From the NCBI GenBank assembly GCA_026986775.1, contig JALSNX010000028.1, positions 7,609 to 71,608 of the forward strand: DNA of 64,000 bases, given 5' to 3'. Under the pieces are notes generated by a model. The model did no database searches, was not told the DNA's origin, and saw only the letters and a list, made by a program, of their open reading frames with translations. A program made the translations under genes and the position numbers. Shown in pieces: positions 45,299 through 53,650 of this stretch. The DNA is from a candidate division WOR-3 bacterium. Its GTDB lineage: Bacteria; Hydrothermota; Hydrothermia; UBA1063; CAJXJZ01. The number at the start of each line of letters is the position of its first letter. Within the stretch, counting starts at the first letter, position 1.

Positions 45299-46204
45299 CT
45301 ATACAGACAGCCTATCAAGAAACTGTCTGTCTTTTCTCCACCTTTCATGTACTTTGACCCATAGCTCAAGGAACACTTTTCTTCCCAAAAACGCTTCAAT
45401 TTCCTTTCTCGCGTAAGTCCCCAGTTTCTTTATTTTCAGACCACCTTTTCCAATAATAATGGGCTTCTGGCTTTCTTTTTCCACATAAATTATCGCCCTT
45501 ATATAATCCACACCACCGTGTCTTTCATCTTTTTCTATGAATTCGTCAACTTTTACTGCAGCAGCATAAGGTATCTCCTCGCCATACAGATTATAGAGTT
45601 TCTCTCTTATTATTTCTTCAACCATGAATCTTTCGTTTCTGTCAGTTGTAGTATCTTCAGGATAATAAAACTCGCCTTCAGGAAGATATTTGACTATGCT
45701 ATCAAGGAGTTCATCAACATTGATGTTCATCGTCACGCTCATGGGAAAAATCTCTTTAAATGGATAGAGCCTGTTATAAGTTTCTATTAAAGGCAGGAGC
45801 CTTGTTTTCTCAACCATATCAACCTTGTTAATAGCACATATTACCGGCTTCTCATGTTTTTTAAGAAGTTCAATGGTATACATATCAAGCTCATCAGGTC
45901 CAAAGGGATCTGTTATAAACAACACCACATCTGCCTCTTCAAGAGATTCCACGGCATTTTTTATCATCCTCTTATGCAATTCATGTTTTGGCTTTGATAT
46001 TATGCCTGGAGTATCCAGAAAGAGAATCTGAGCGTTATCAAGCGTGAGTATCCCCAATATCCTATGTCTTGTTGTTTGTGGTTTTCTGGACATTGCTGCA
46101 ATTTTCACCCCGATGAGTCTATTGAGCAACGTTGACTTACCCACATTGGGCTTGCCAACTATACCCACATAACCTGATTTTTTAGAAACTGTATTTTGTT
46201 CCAA
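45299..46204 (-). CDS. era: GTPase Era
   Basis: G1 GKPNVGKST, G3 DTPG, G4 NKVD, C-terminal KH domain. I place the start at TTG 46204..46202 (SD GGAGG 7 nt upstream) rather than the track ATG at 46360, which would overlap the upstream gene by 179 nt. Confidence 0.92.
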   Translation of the reverse strand: MEQNTVSKKSGYVGIVGKPNVGKSTLLNRLIGVKIAAMSRKPQTTRHRILGILTLDNAQILFLDTPGIISKPKHELHKRMIKNAVESLEEADVVLFITDPFGPDELDMYTIELLKKHEKPVICAINKVDMVEKTRLLPLIETYNRLYPFKEIFPMSVTMNINVDELLDSIVKYLPEGEFYYPEDTTTDRNERFMVEEIIREKLYNLYGEEIPYAAAVKVDEFIEKDERHGGVDYIRAIIYVEKESQKPIIIGKGGLKIKKLGTYARKEIEAFLGRKVFLELWVKVHERWRKDRQFLDRLSV

Positions 46205-47396
46205 TTTTAAACCTCCTTTCCTTAAAAAATTGCAATTTATCCTGTGTGGTGGGGTCAGTTTCTTCAATTGTTCCGCGGGTGAACAGATGGTGTTCCCAGA
46301 AAAACTGAAACCTTCCCCTCTGATATTCCAGCCTTCCTCCGGCATTGTAAACCCTGCCACTTTTATCCTGAACCTGATATATGCATAAAATAGGGCTATA
46401 TACGAGTTTTCCCCACATCGGTATATGAGCTACTGCCTTTAACTTAGACAATGCTCTATTGGTAACTCCGTATACCGTCAGGAAATTCTCATAATTTCCC
46501 AACAATTTAAAGTATTCTCCCTGAATATCCAGATATTTACCCTTAAACGCAAATTCAACGTCCAGACTTTTCTTAAAAACAGAATCGGGTACTCTATAGT
46601 TAAGGTTGAGTAAAACCGGCTTTTTGTCTATAAGTATACTGAGTCTTCTTTCCATGATAGCCATAATAGAATCCCCTGTAATACCGTCTGGATAGAGATA
46701 TGAGAACAAATGAGGGGTTTTAATATCATACCCGTAATGGAGGTCAAGATATGCTCCTCCTGTTATCAAAACCTTTAAATTAAATTCAGGAATAAGCTTA
46801 CTGGTAAGTCCAAGTGACACAAATTTCCTGTTGCCCATTATACCGACACCAGCTCTGTAAATATCCTCATATCCTCGCCTGGATAGCATATCCGTGCGCT
46901 CAATTCCTGAATAAGTCAACACACCTTCTGTACCTGAATAAACAATGGAGAATGCAATGGGTAAATTGAATACAGCATGAGCTGTACTATCTTTTCTAAA
47001 ATAATGCAGTCCGGGAAGCAACGTAATGTTAGGAATAATTCTACCCCATGAGAAATATAAATCCACTGTATCTCTGAGTATAATAGAATACTGTGACCTA
47101 TTCCTCAAAAGACCATATACTCCATGACTTATGCTAAAGAAGCGCGTCGCTATAAAGTATCTGTTTTCTAATGAGGTAAATGGCTCATAGTCATAGCGTT
47201 CTTCCGCAGCAAAATAAAAGCTCTTAAACTTAATTCTAAAATCAGTATGATACCCTGCTTTTAAATAATCCTTTTCCTGGTTGTAATACACAAATTCCCA
47301 TCTTGGAGGATTAATTTCAAGAGCATTTGTGGGCAGAAATATAGAATCAGGTATATTCAACTTCAAAGATACAAGAATAACCGTCAAAACATTCAT
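46182..47396 (-). CDS. hypothetical outer-membrane beta-barrel candidate
   Basis: 404 aa; hydrophobic N-terminus; aromatic-rich alternating pattern; C-terminal ...KIGTKYSF (terminal Phe typical of OMP beta-signals); start abuts the stop of the LptF/G-family gene. Confidence 0.4.
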   Translation of the reverse strand: MNVLTVILVSLKLNIPDSIFLPTNALEINPPRWEFVYYNQEKDYLKAGYHTDFRIKFKSFYFAAEERYDYEPFTSLENRYFIATRFFSISHGVYGLLRNRSQYSIILRDTVDLYFSWGRIIPNITLLPGLHYFRKDSTAHAVFNLPIAFSIVYSGTEGVLTYSGIERTDMLSRRGYEDIYRAGVGIMGNRKFVSLGLTSKLIPEFNLKVLITGGAYLDLHYGYDIKTPHLFSYLYPDGITGDSIMAIMERRLSILIDKKPVLLNLNYRVPDSVFKKSLDVEFAFKGKYLDIQGEYFKLLGNYENFLTVYGVTNRALSKLKAVAHIPMWGKLVYSPILCIYQVQDKSGRVYNAGGRLEYQRGRFQFFWEHHLFTRGTIEETDPTTQDKLQFFKERRFKIGTKYSF

Positions 47397-48535
47397 TATT
47401 CACACCTCCTGGCAAGAAAAACGCTTAAAATTCCAAAAAGAACGTTCGGAAACCACATAGCAAGAGCAGGGGAAATGTATCCCCTTCTTGCAAGTTCCTC
47501 ACCACCTATAAGAAAAATATAGTATACCGTAAATACAAGGAACGAAAAACCAAAAGCAGCACCATACCCACCCTTCTTTGTAAGCGTTGCAATTGCCGCA
47601 CCAAGAACAATAAATATAATACCTGCAAAAGGCAGCGAAAACTTCTTGTGTATCTCTATAAAATATCTGTCTTTGATTTTTTTAAGAATGCGTAAACGTA
47701 TGGTGTCTCTGGGGTCCGTTTTCTCTATTTCCTTATCCTTTTCCTTTATGGCTGAAAGAAGCATCGCTACAGTCATTTCCCTCTCACTTCTATACTTTCT
47801 TTCCTTCTCTGTAAGTTTGGTGTCGATCGGTATCCTGATAATCTGCCTTTTAAAACTTATTTCGCGAAAATCTTCATTCTTCTCGCCAGCGCTTTCATAA
47901 ATGCTCCCCTGTTTAAGAACAAGTACAATCAACGTATCACCTTCCGAATTAAGCAGGCCTCTTTTTGCCACTATTGTCCTTACACCACTGTTCTCAGGTA
48001 ACTTTTCTATTATCTTAATATTTTTCAGTTCCCCAGTCCTCTCATTCTTCTTATCAGCATAAATAAGATAATCTCCAACCTTACTGAATACCCCCTCCTG
48101 TATACTCACTGCCGGTTTTTTTGCATGAATACTGAATATCAAATTTTTCACCCGGTGGTTTGCTTCTGGCAAAATCCTGTCATTAAACCAGCACATGAAA
48201 AGAAAAACAAAGAACGCAAAAACAAGCGGCCCAAAGAGTGTTCTCTTAAAACTTATACCAAGAGACTTAAAGGCCATCATTTCAAAATCCTGCGATAATC
48301 GGCCATAAGCTACAAGTGAAGAAATGAGCAGAGCCATGGAGACTGTCATGGCAAGTATAAATGGCAGAGAATACAGAAAAACCTTGAACACCACCAACAC
48401 AGGAACTCCCTTTCTGATAATAAGGTCCATAAGCTGATACACCCGATTTAAGAGTAATAAGATTGTAAACGTAAAAAGACCTCCTGCGAAAGGTGACAGG
48501 TGTTCCCTTATGAGATAAAGGTCAATTTTTCTCAT
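47396..48535 (-). CDS. LptF/LptG-family (YjgP/YjgQ) LPS export permease
   Basis: 379 aa; MRKIDLYLIREHLSPFAGGLFTFTILLLLNR... family N-terminus; 3 TM + periplasmic beta-jellyroll-sized insert + 3 TM layout. Confidence 0.85.
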   Translation of the reverse strand: MRKIDLYLIREHLSPFAGGLFTFTILLLLNRVYQLMDLIIRKGVPVLVVFKVFLYSLPFILAMTVSMALLISSLVAYGRLSQDFEMMAFKSLGISFKRTLFGPLVFAFFVFLFMCWFNDRILPEANHRVKNLIFSIHAKKPAVSIQEGVFSKVGDYLIYADKKNERTGELKNIKIIEKLPENSGVRTIVAKRGLLNSEGDTLIVLVLKQGSIYESAGEKNEDFREISFKRQIIRIPIDTKLTEKERKYRSEREMTVAMLLSAIKEKDKEIEKTDPRDTIRLRILKKIKDRYFIEIHKKFSLPFAGIIFIVLGAAIATLTKKGGYGAAFGFSFLVFTVYYIFLIGGEELARRGYISPALAMWFPNVLFGILSVFLARRCE

Positions 48536-48747
48536 TTAGACCTTAAAATGAGTGACAAAAGGAGAGTGAGTATTATTGATATCAAAATACTCGTTCCAAT
48601 AGGAAAATAAAACACAAAATTTTTTCCTCTGATTACTATATCAAATGGCAGTTTAAAGCCTGTGCTGCCTATAAGATAAAAGACTCCACCTGCCAGAAGG
48701 AATATCAACCCTGTTACAATAAGAATTGTTCCAATTTCTTTTAACAT
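48532..48747 (-). CDS. small membrane protein, DUF2905-like
   Basis: 71 aa, two hydrophobic helices flanking FKLPFDIVIRGKNFVFYFPIGTS. Confidence 0.65.
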   Translation of the reverse strand: MLKEIGTILIVTGLIFLLAGGVFYLIGSTGFKLPFDIVIRGKNFVFYFPIGTSILISIILTLLLSLILRSK

Positions 48748-48780
48748 AATTAAATTTTACGGGTATTTCTGGATAAATCA

Positions 48781-48808
48781 AAGAAAAAAGGGGGCACTCT
48801 GGCCCCCT
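48781..48808 (-). terminator. Rho-independent terminator after the C25 prodomain-like gene
   Basis: Minus strand GGGGGCcagagtGCCCCCttttttctt, 10 nt after the stop at 48818; same GGGGGC/GCCCCC stem as the pilin terminator. Confidence 0.8.
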
Positions 48809-48817
48809 ATGTATTGA

Positions 48818-49456
48818 TCAGTTCCTCAGTGGTGGCGCAAAAGCATCTATATCCTCAGGATTTACAACAAAGCCCTTTAGCTGTCCACGAATAAGGTTAA
48901 GTTGATTTATGGTAATTGGATTTACACTTCTGGCTCCTTCCTGATACTTCACTTTTAGAACGAGACTGGTAATAACCCTCAATTCACCACTTACGGGATT
49001 ATATATAACAGGATACACGATGAAAGAAGCAAGAGAGAATCCTCCCATGTTCCCAACTTTGCCAAACTTTACCGGAATTTCTGGATAAAAAGCATCCTTT
49101 TCGTATATCTTTTTATCCGGCCCAATAAATTTCTCGGGAACCTTGAAGGAAATTGGAACCGGTTTCTGCTGTGGTATAACTTTATAGCCTGTACCAATGT
49201 ACTTCGTCTCCATACTCACAATTTCAAAGCCATTGAAACTACTTCCTGCTGGTATAAGCACGGCAACACCACGAGAAGGAAGCATAGGAGCACCAAAAGG
49301 ATTGGTGTAGCCAAAATCTTCATATGTAACCGTAACATATCCCTTTTCCGATCCCAATTTAACTTTAGCAGGGTCAAAAGAGAATTTTATTATTTTTTCT
49401 CCTGCCTGCAGAATCGTAAAGGAAAGAAGCATTATAAAAAGTGTCTTTTTAAGCAT
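48818..49456 (-). CDS. stand-alone secreted protein homologous to the gingipain (peptidase C25) N-terminal prodomain
   Basis: 212 aa; signal peptide MLKKTLFIMLLSFTILQA; GAPMLPSRGVAVLIP, YEKDAFYPE and VIYNPVSGELRVITSLVLKVKY line up with RgpB prodomain segments GTPILPILSRSLAV, YNEDKFFPGE and LQYNPVTKTLRIYTEIVVAV (recalled). Confidence 0.7.
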   Translation of the reverse strand: MLKKTLFIMLLSFTILQAGEKIIKFSFDPAKVKLGSEKGYVTVTYEDFGYTNPFGAPMLPSRGVAVLIPAGSSFNGFEIVSMETKYIGTGYKVIPQQKPVPISFKVPEKFIGPDKKIYEKDAFYPEIPVKFGKVGNMGGFSLASFIVYPVIYNPVSGELRVITSLVLKVKYQEGARSVNPITINQLNLIRGQLKGFVVNPEDIDAFAPPLRN

Positions 49457-49466
49457 AACCCACCTC

Positions 49467-52385
49467 CTACCTTGTCTTCAAAATCTTTTCAATTTTCTTA
49501 TAATCCCGGGCGTTTATATTCACGAAGTAAACTCCAGGCCTTACTGTGGATAAATTAACAGAATGAACACCGATGTTACTGTTCACTGTAAATTCTTCAG
49601 ATTTCACAAGACGGCCATCAACACCGTACACCACCACATCAACTTTTGTGTTTACAGGAGCTTCATAGGCAATGGAAAGATAACCACTTATTATATTATT
49701 TCTGAGAGCAAATCTAATTTTCCTTCCTCTTTCCTGCTCACCTACACCTGTTGTTGGAACAACATAAACGGTATCCTGAGCATAAATGTAGTTATGCTTC
49801 GTGGAGGTAATTACTATATCATTGGTTTCTGCGGCATTGACAGAAAAACTCACAGTTCCTGAAGCGTCTGTGGTATCAACGAGATAAATATCGTAACTAT
49901 CTCCTGAAAACTTCTGAAGCAGCGTAACAACAGCATCGGATACTGCAGCCTTACTCTTAGCATCAGATACAGTTACTGTAATGACCGTGTCCTGTCCCTG
50001 AAGTATGGTATCAGTATTAACAGTCATAACTAAATTCACCGGTACCTCTGTCCATATCTCAAGCGTCGGGTCACCAAGGAGATTTCTTTCATAAAGACAC
50101 CACCTGAAATAATTGTCATTCTGGGCATCAGGCACCATTGAACTCTGCATATTTGCCCAGACCTGACCAAGAATGTATAGTCCATTTTGATGAATGGCTC
50201 TGAAGAAGTACTTACTCTGTTCTCCTGATGGCCCAAGTGCACCTTCAGGTGACGAATAGCCCCAGCCATACCTTGAATTAAACAAAGACGCCACTGTTCC
50301 ACCGTTTGTAGCATTTACAAGATGCTCTGCAAAACAGTCTCCATTTGATACCTCATCCATTGCACCAGCGAAACAGGCTATTGATGTGGTAATTGAGAGT
50401 TTGTCAAAACCGTTGGAAAGGTTGTCTGCATCTGTATTGTTCATCATTGTGCTTGAACCGTTATTATAATAAACTCCATACTCATTACCATGACCTACAA
50501 AGTGCACCAATTGATAACCGTTATTAAATTCACTGTTAACTGAAGACTCCGATACGCCCTCCACATCTTCCCTCATAAATGTATGCGTCCAGTCGGCAGG
50601 GTCAAACTGAACCATGGTATCAGGCATACTGGTACCATGATTGGTATCCCAGAGATTACCCTGAGGGTGGAAGCTTGATTTTATATATGATGCATCCTGA
50701 TAAGGACTCCTCTCAAAATAGAGTAACTTGTTAACAAAGTTCTGGACCTGAGACGTGTTCTTTACAGGTGCTCTCCCAACATAAACATCGGGGTACATAT
50801 CCACATTATCACTCGTTTCTCCATAGGTTCCGTCACCATCACCATCCCACGTTCCATCCAGGTCAGCAAAATACAGATCTGTTATAATGGTATCCTCATC
50901 TGTATAATAACCGGCATTGGACTGGAACACAAAGGCATTTCTCCTTGGCACTATCTCCTCGCCGTTTTCATAGTCACACTGCCCACCAAGAAGGAAATAC
51001 ATGGTTCCATAATTTGCATTCATGTCCTTGATGAAATTCCTTATTTTTTCTGCATTATCATTGCCCGTGTAATTCGCATAAATAGTGTCAAGGGAAACTA
51101 TTCTGGTTCTTATTCCTTTCTGGTTTTTCCAGTCTGCAAGAGGTTCAAAATACGGTGCAAATGAAGAGGATGTGATTATAACAAAATCTGCAGGGCCTAT
51201 GGAGCCTGAGCCACCTCCTCCACCACCACCTGTGCCCCAGGTGTAGGTTTCAGAATGAGAATTATCAGATTCATTGGTTTCTGGTATAGTATTATCTGGG
51301 TCAGCAGTAATCTGGTAGGTGTAGGATCCATCTGTGCTTTCATGTATTTTGTAATTCTTTACATAGACATAATAGCCCGATTGTAAACCCTGTGAATACC
51401 ATCCTGCTATTGCCTGTCCTTCTCTATAAAGATAGTAATATATAGTGTCTGTAGAGGGAATGTCATCAGGTCCTTCATTTATAACCGCCCAGTGCACATA
51501 CTGAGAATCGCCGGGGTTTGTACTGTAATTTCCAGGAGGCGCTGCCGTTGTATCCGAGGAATCAGCAGAAATTACGAGGGATGAATACCATCCTGTAGGG
51601 GTATAAGGTTTTAGATTGGCAGAATAACCAGAACCTCCTCCTGAGGTCTCTATATAAGCAGTAATAAGCCAGTCTATATGAGTACCCGCACCACCGTAAT
51701 CTGCCCACCAACTATCAGTCTGTTCCCAACTGCCGTTGTACATATCATAACAACGATCAGGAGCAATACCAGATGTATCATAAATAAGCCCAAGAGTATC
51801 CACACCAGAAAGTAAAGAATAACCTATATAAAAATCACCGTTTCCCACATTTATACCTAATGATGAAAGGTCAACATATGTACCATGACCGTCGGTATAA
51901 ATATTACTCGTAGATATATCCATATAACCGAGTTCTGTTCCCGGTCCTCCACCATTATCATTCCAAACATGTATTCTTATATTACCACTCCCCACCAGAT
52001 GATAAAACCAGAAAGCAACTCCAACTAGCTGTCCCGACTGTGAAGGAGTAAATTTCACCGAGTAAAGAGAATCATCATAACTATCAGGCTGGTTCCAGTA
52101 AAAATAAGCAGCACTGGAACTTGTATCCCAGTAAAAAACTTTAAGCGTATCACCCTTAGTATACATATCATCAATTACAGGTTTAATTCTAACCAGATCA
52201 CCGTAAGTTCCTTTTTTTGAGCAAATTTTCTTATTGTTTGTTACCGGAAGACTTTTCCCCGTTTTATTCCATTTATCAGCCTTCGCCACTTGAGCCCTGC
52301 CCACTATGGGCACGCCCTTGAGGGGATGTGTCGTTACCACAAGCCCCCCATACATTATCAGGATGGACATTACTATACCATACAT
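49467..52385 (-). CDS. secreted multidomain cysteine peptidase, family C25 (gingipain-like), with T9SS-type C-terminal sorting domain
   Basis: 972 aa; catalytic-domain start FVIITSSSFAPYFEPLADWKNQKGIRT, His in VHFVGHGNEYG, Cys in ITTSIACFAGAMD; CARDB-like module ending DPDNTIPETNESDN; Gly7-Ser linker; C-terminus ...RPGVYFVNINARDYKKIEKILKTR. Confidence 0.85.
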   Translation of the reverse strand: MYGIVMSILIMYGGLVVTTHPLKGVPIVGRAQVAKADKWNKTGKSLPVTNNKKICSKKGTYGDLVRIKPVIDDMYTKGDTLKVFYWDTSSSAAYFYWNQPDSYDDSLYSVKFTPSQSGQLVGVAFWFYHLVGSGNIRIHVWNDNGGGPGTELGYMDISTSNIYTDGHGTYVDLSSLGINVGNGDFYIGYSLLSGVDTLGLIYDTSGIAPDRCYDMYNGSWEQTDSWWADYGGAGTHIDWLITAYIETSGGGSGYSANLKPYTPTGWYSSLVISADSSDTTAAPPGNYSTNPGDSQYVHWAVINEGPDDIPSTDTIYYYLYREGQAIAGWYSQGLQSGYYVYVKNYKIHESTDGSYTYQITADPDNTIPETNESDNSHSETYTWGTGGGGGGGSGSIGPADFVIITSSSFAPYFEPLADWKNQKGIRTRIVSLDTIYANYTGNDNAEKIRNFIKDMNANYGTMYFLLGGQCDYENGEEIVPRRNAFVFQSNAGYYTDEDTIITDLYFADLDGTWDGDGDGTYGETSDNVDMYPDVYVGRAPVKNTSQVQNFVNKLLYFERSPYQDASYIKSSFHPQGNLWDTNHGTSMPDTMVQFDPADWTHTFMREDVEGVSESSVNSEFNNGYQLVHFVGHGNEYGVYYNNGSSTMMNNTDADNLSNGFDKLSITTSIACFAGAMDEVSNGDCFAEHLVNATNGGTVASLFNSRYGWGYSSPEGALGPSGEQSKYFFRAIHQNGLYILGQVWANMQSSMVPDAQNDNYFRWCLYERNLLGDPTLEIWTEVPVNLVMTVNTDTILQGQDTVITVTVSDAKSKAAVSDAVVTLLQKFSGDSYDIYLVDTTDASGTVSFSVNAAETNDIVITSTKHNYIYAQDTVYVVPTTGVGEQERGRKIRFALRNNIISGYLSIAYEAPVNTKVDVVVYGVDGRLVKSEEFTVNSNIGVHSVNLSTVRPGVYFVNINARDYKKIEKILKTR

Positions 52386-52486
52386 ACAAACCTCCCCTTT
52401 TTGCCAAATTTATAAAATTCAATTTTCATAATATTATCCTGAAGCCAAATTAATATTCATTTTTAAACTGTTTCATATACGAACTA

Positions 52487-52514
52487 ATTATACACCTTTA
52501 TCCAGAAAAGTCAA
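52487..52514 (-). promoter_or_regulatory. sigma70-type promoter with extended -10 for the C25 protease operon (TTGACT-N16-TATAAT, the last two spacer bases being TG)
   Basis: Minus strand gtTTGACTtttctggataaaggTGTATAATtag, about 95 nt upstream of ATG 52385, which has SD GGGGAGG. Confidence 0.55.
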
Positions 52515-52538
52515 ACTCATGTTCAAAAATCATGTTTA

Positions 52539-53363
52539 TTACTTTATTAACCTGAGAAGTTGGAGCATTTCAAGTGGGTATTGCATGTGTTTTATATTTT
52601 CCTTTCTACATCCATCACGCTGATCCTCATCATAATTATCACAATTCTCTGTCTCAACTACAAATGAAAAAACTATGTCTCCTATGTTTTGCGGTATAAA
52701 ATAAAGATAATGATAGAGATGACCGGCCGCACCTTCTGTTCCCCCTTTTATGAAACAGAATCTAATGGAATTATGTTTCAGAGTAATTATTTTGCTCTCT
52801 ATCTCCTTGTTTTCAGATGGAAAAAAGTCATGGATGAATTTGAGAGATGGACAGGAATCTTTATTTTGTATTATAGAGGAATCCACCTTGTTTACGCTCA
52901 ATCTAACAAAACCAGAAGGCTCAATTTTGCTGAGTATAACAAGACCTGAATTCTTTAAAATATAGACCTTAGAAGTATCTTTAATTTCTGATTTGCGAAT
53001 TACTGCATTTTTGTAAGTCTGCTTTAACGATACAACTCTACATCCTTCGGCACGACACCTCAAAATAGATATTTCATCAATTATTCCAACACTTTCCCAT
53101 TCTTTAAATCCCTCCTTCAAGCTGGCATAAACTCTATAGAGAGAACTGTCAATTTTTTCAACACCTTTTATTGTAAATCCCGTGTATCTAAAGTCACCAC
53201 TTTCTATTAAGGAATACTCAGGATTTAGTGTGTCAGAGGTTGCATCCTTTATAAATCCGCTGTCACACTCTACCCTTGCTCTGTAGAACTTTTCAGCAAA
53301 CCTACGAACATAATTGGAAGGAGAAACTGCAAGTACTAATATGCAAAAGAGTATAGCCGTCAT
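52539..53363 (-). CDS. hypothetical exported protein, Cys-rich, no recognisable family
   Basis: 274 aa; N-terminal hydrophobic segment MTAILFCILVLAV; AT-rich coding DNA; no motif recognised. Confidence 0.3.
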   Translation of the reverse strand: MTAILFCILVLAVSPSNYVRRFAEKFYRARVECDSGFIKDATSDTLNPEYSLIESGDFRYTGFTIKGVEKIDSSLYRVYASLKEGFKEWESVGIIDEISILRCRAEGCRVVSLKQTYKNAVIRKSEIKDTSKVYILKNSGLVILSKIEPSGFVRLSVNKVDSSIIQNKDSCPSLKFIHDFFPSENKEIESKIITLKHNSIRFCFIKGGTEGAAGHLYHYLYFIPQNIGDIVFSFVVETENCDNYDEDQRDGCRKENIKHMQYPLEMLQLLRLIK

Positions 53364-53365
53364 TT

Positions 53366-53650
53366 TTATTCCTCACATATGCATGGTATTCTCCCACACT
53401 TTGGACAACCTTTTTCATACTTTTTTATCGCATCATCAAGGTTAATGTCAAGTAAATTTGCAAGAGAAAATGTCCAGGCAAGGACATCGGCAAACTCTTC
53501 CTCAAGGTTTTTCCTATCTTTTTTTCTTATGGCCTTTGCAAGCTCACCCACTTCCTCACACAGCCATCTGAAGGTGCCCTCCACGCCACGGGCAGAATCC
53601 TTCTTATAGTAAATATCTCCTATCAGTTTCTGAAACTCTTTCATCTCCAT
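53366..53650 (-). CDS. small MazG-like nucleotide pyrophosphohydrolase
   Basis: 94 aa; EEVGELAKAI...EEFADVLAWTFSLANLLDINL (EExxE/D metal motifs) plus a C-terminal CPKCG..CIC cluster. Confidence 0.75.
   Translation of the reverse strand: MEMKEFQKLIGDIYYKKDSARGVEGTFRWLCEEVGELAKAIRKKDRKNLEEEFADVLAWTFSLANLLDINLDDAIKKYEKGCPKCGRIPCICEE

Noticed and set aside
46205-46360. N-terminal 52-aa extension of Era in the track ORF (start ATG 46360)
   Set aside because: It would overlap the upstream barrel gene by 179 nt and add a non-Era sequence. A TTG at 46204 with GGAGG 7 nt upstream gives a canonical 301-aa Era.
51211-51230. ccacctcctccaccaccacc tract (encodes Gly7) as a possible slipped-strand phase-variation site
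   Set aside because: It is made of mixed GGT/GGA/GGC codons rather than a homopolymer or a perfect short tandem repeat. It reads simply as a flexible interdomain linker.
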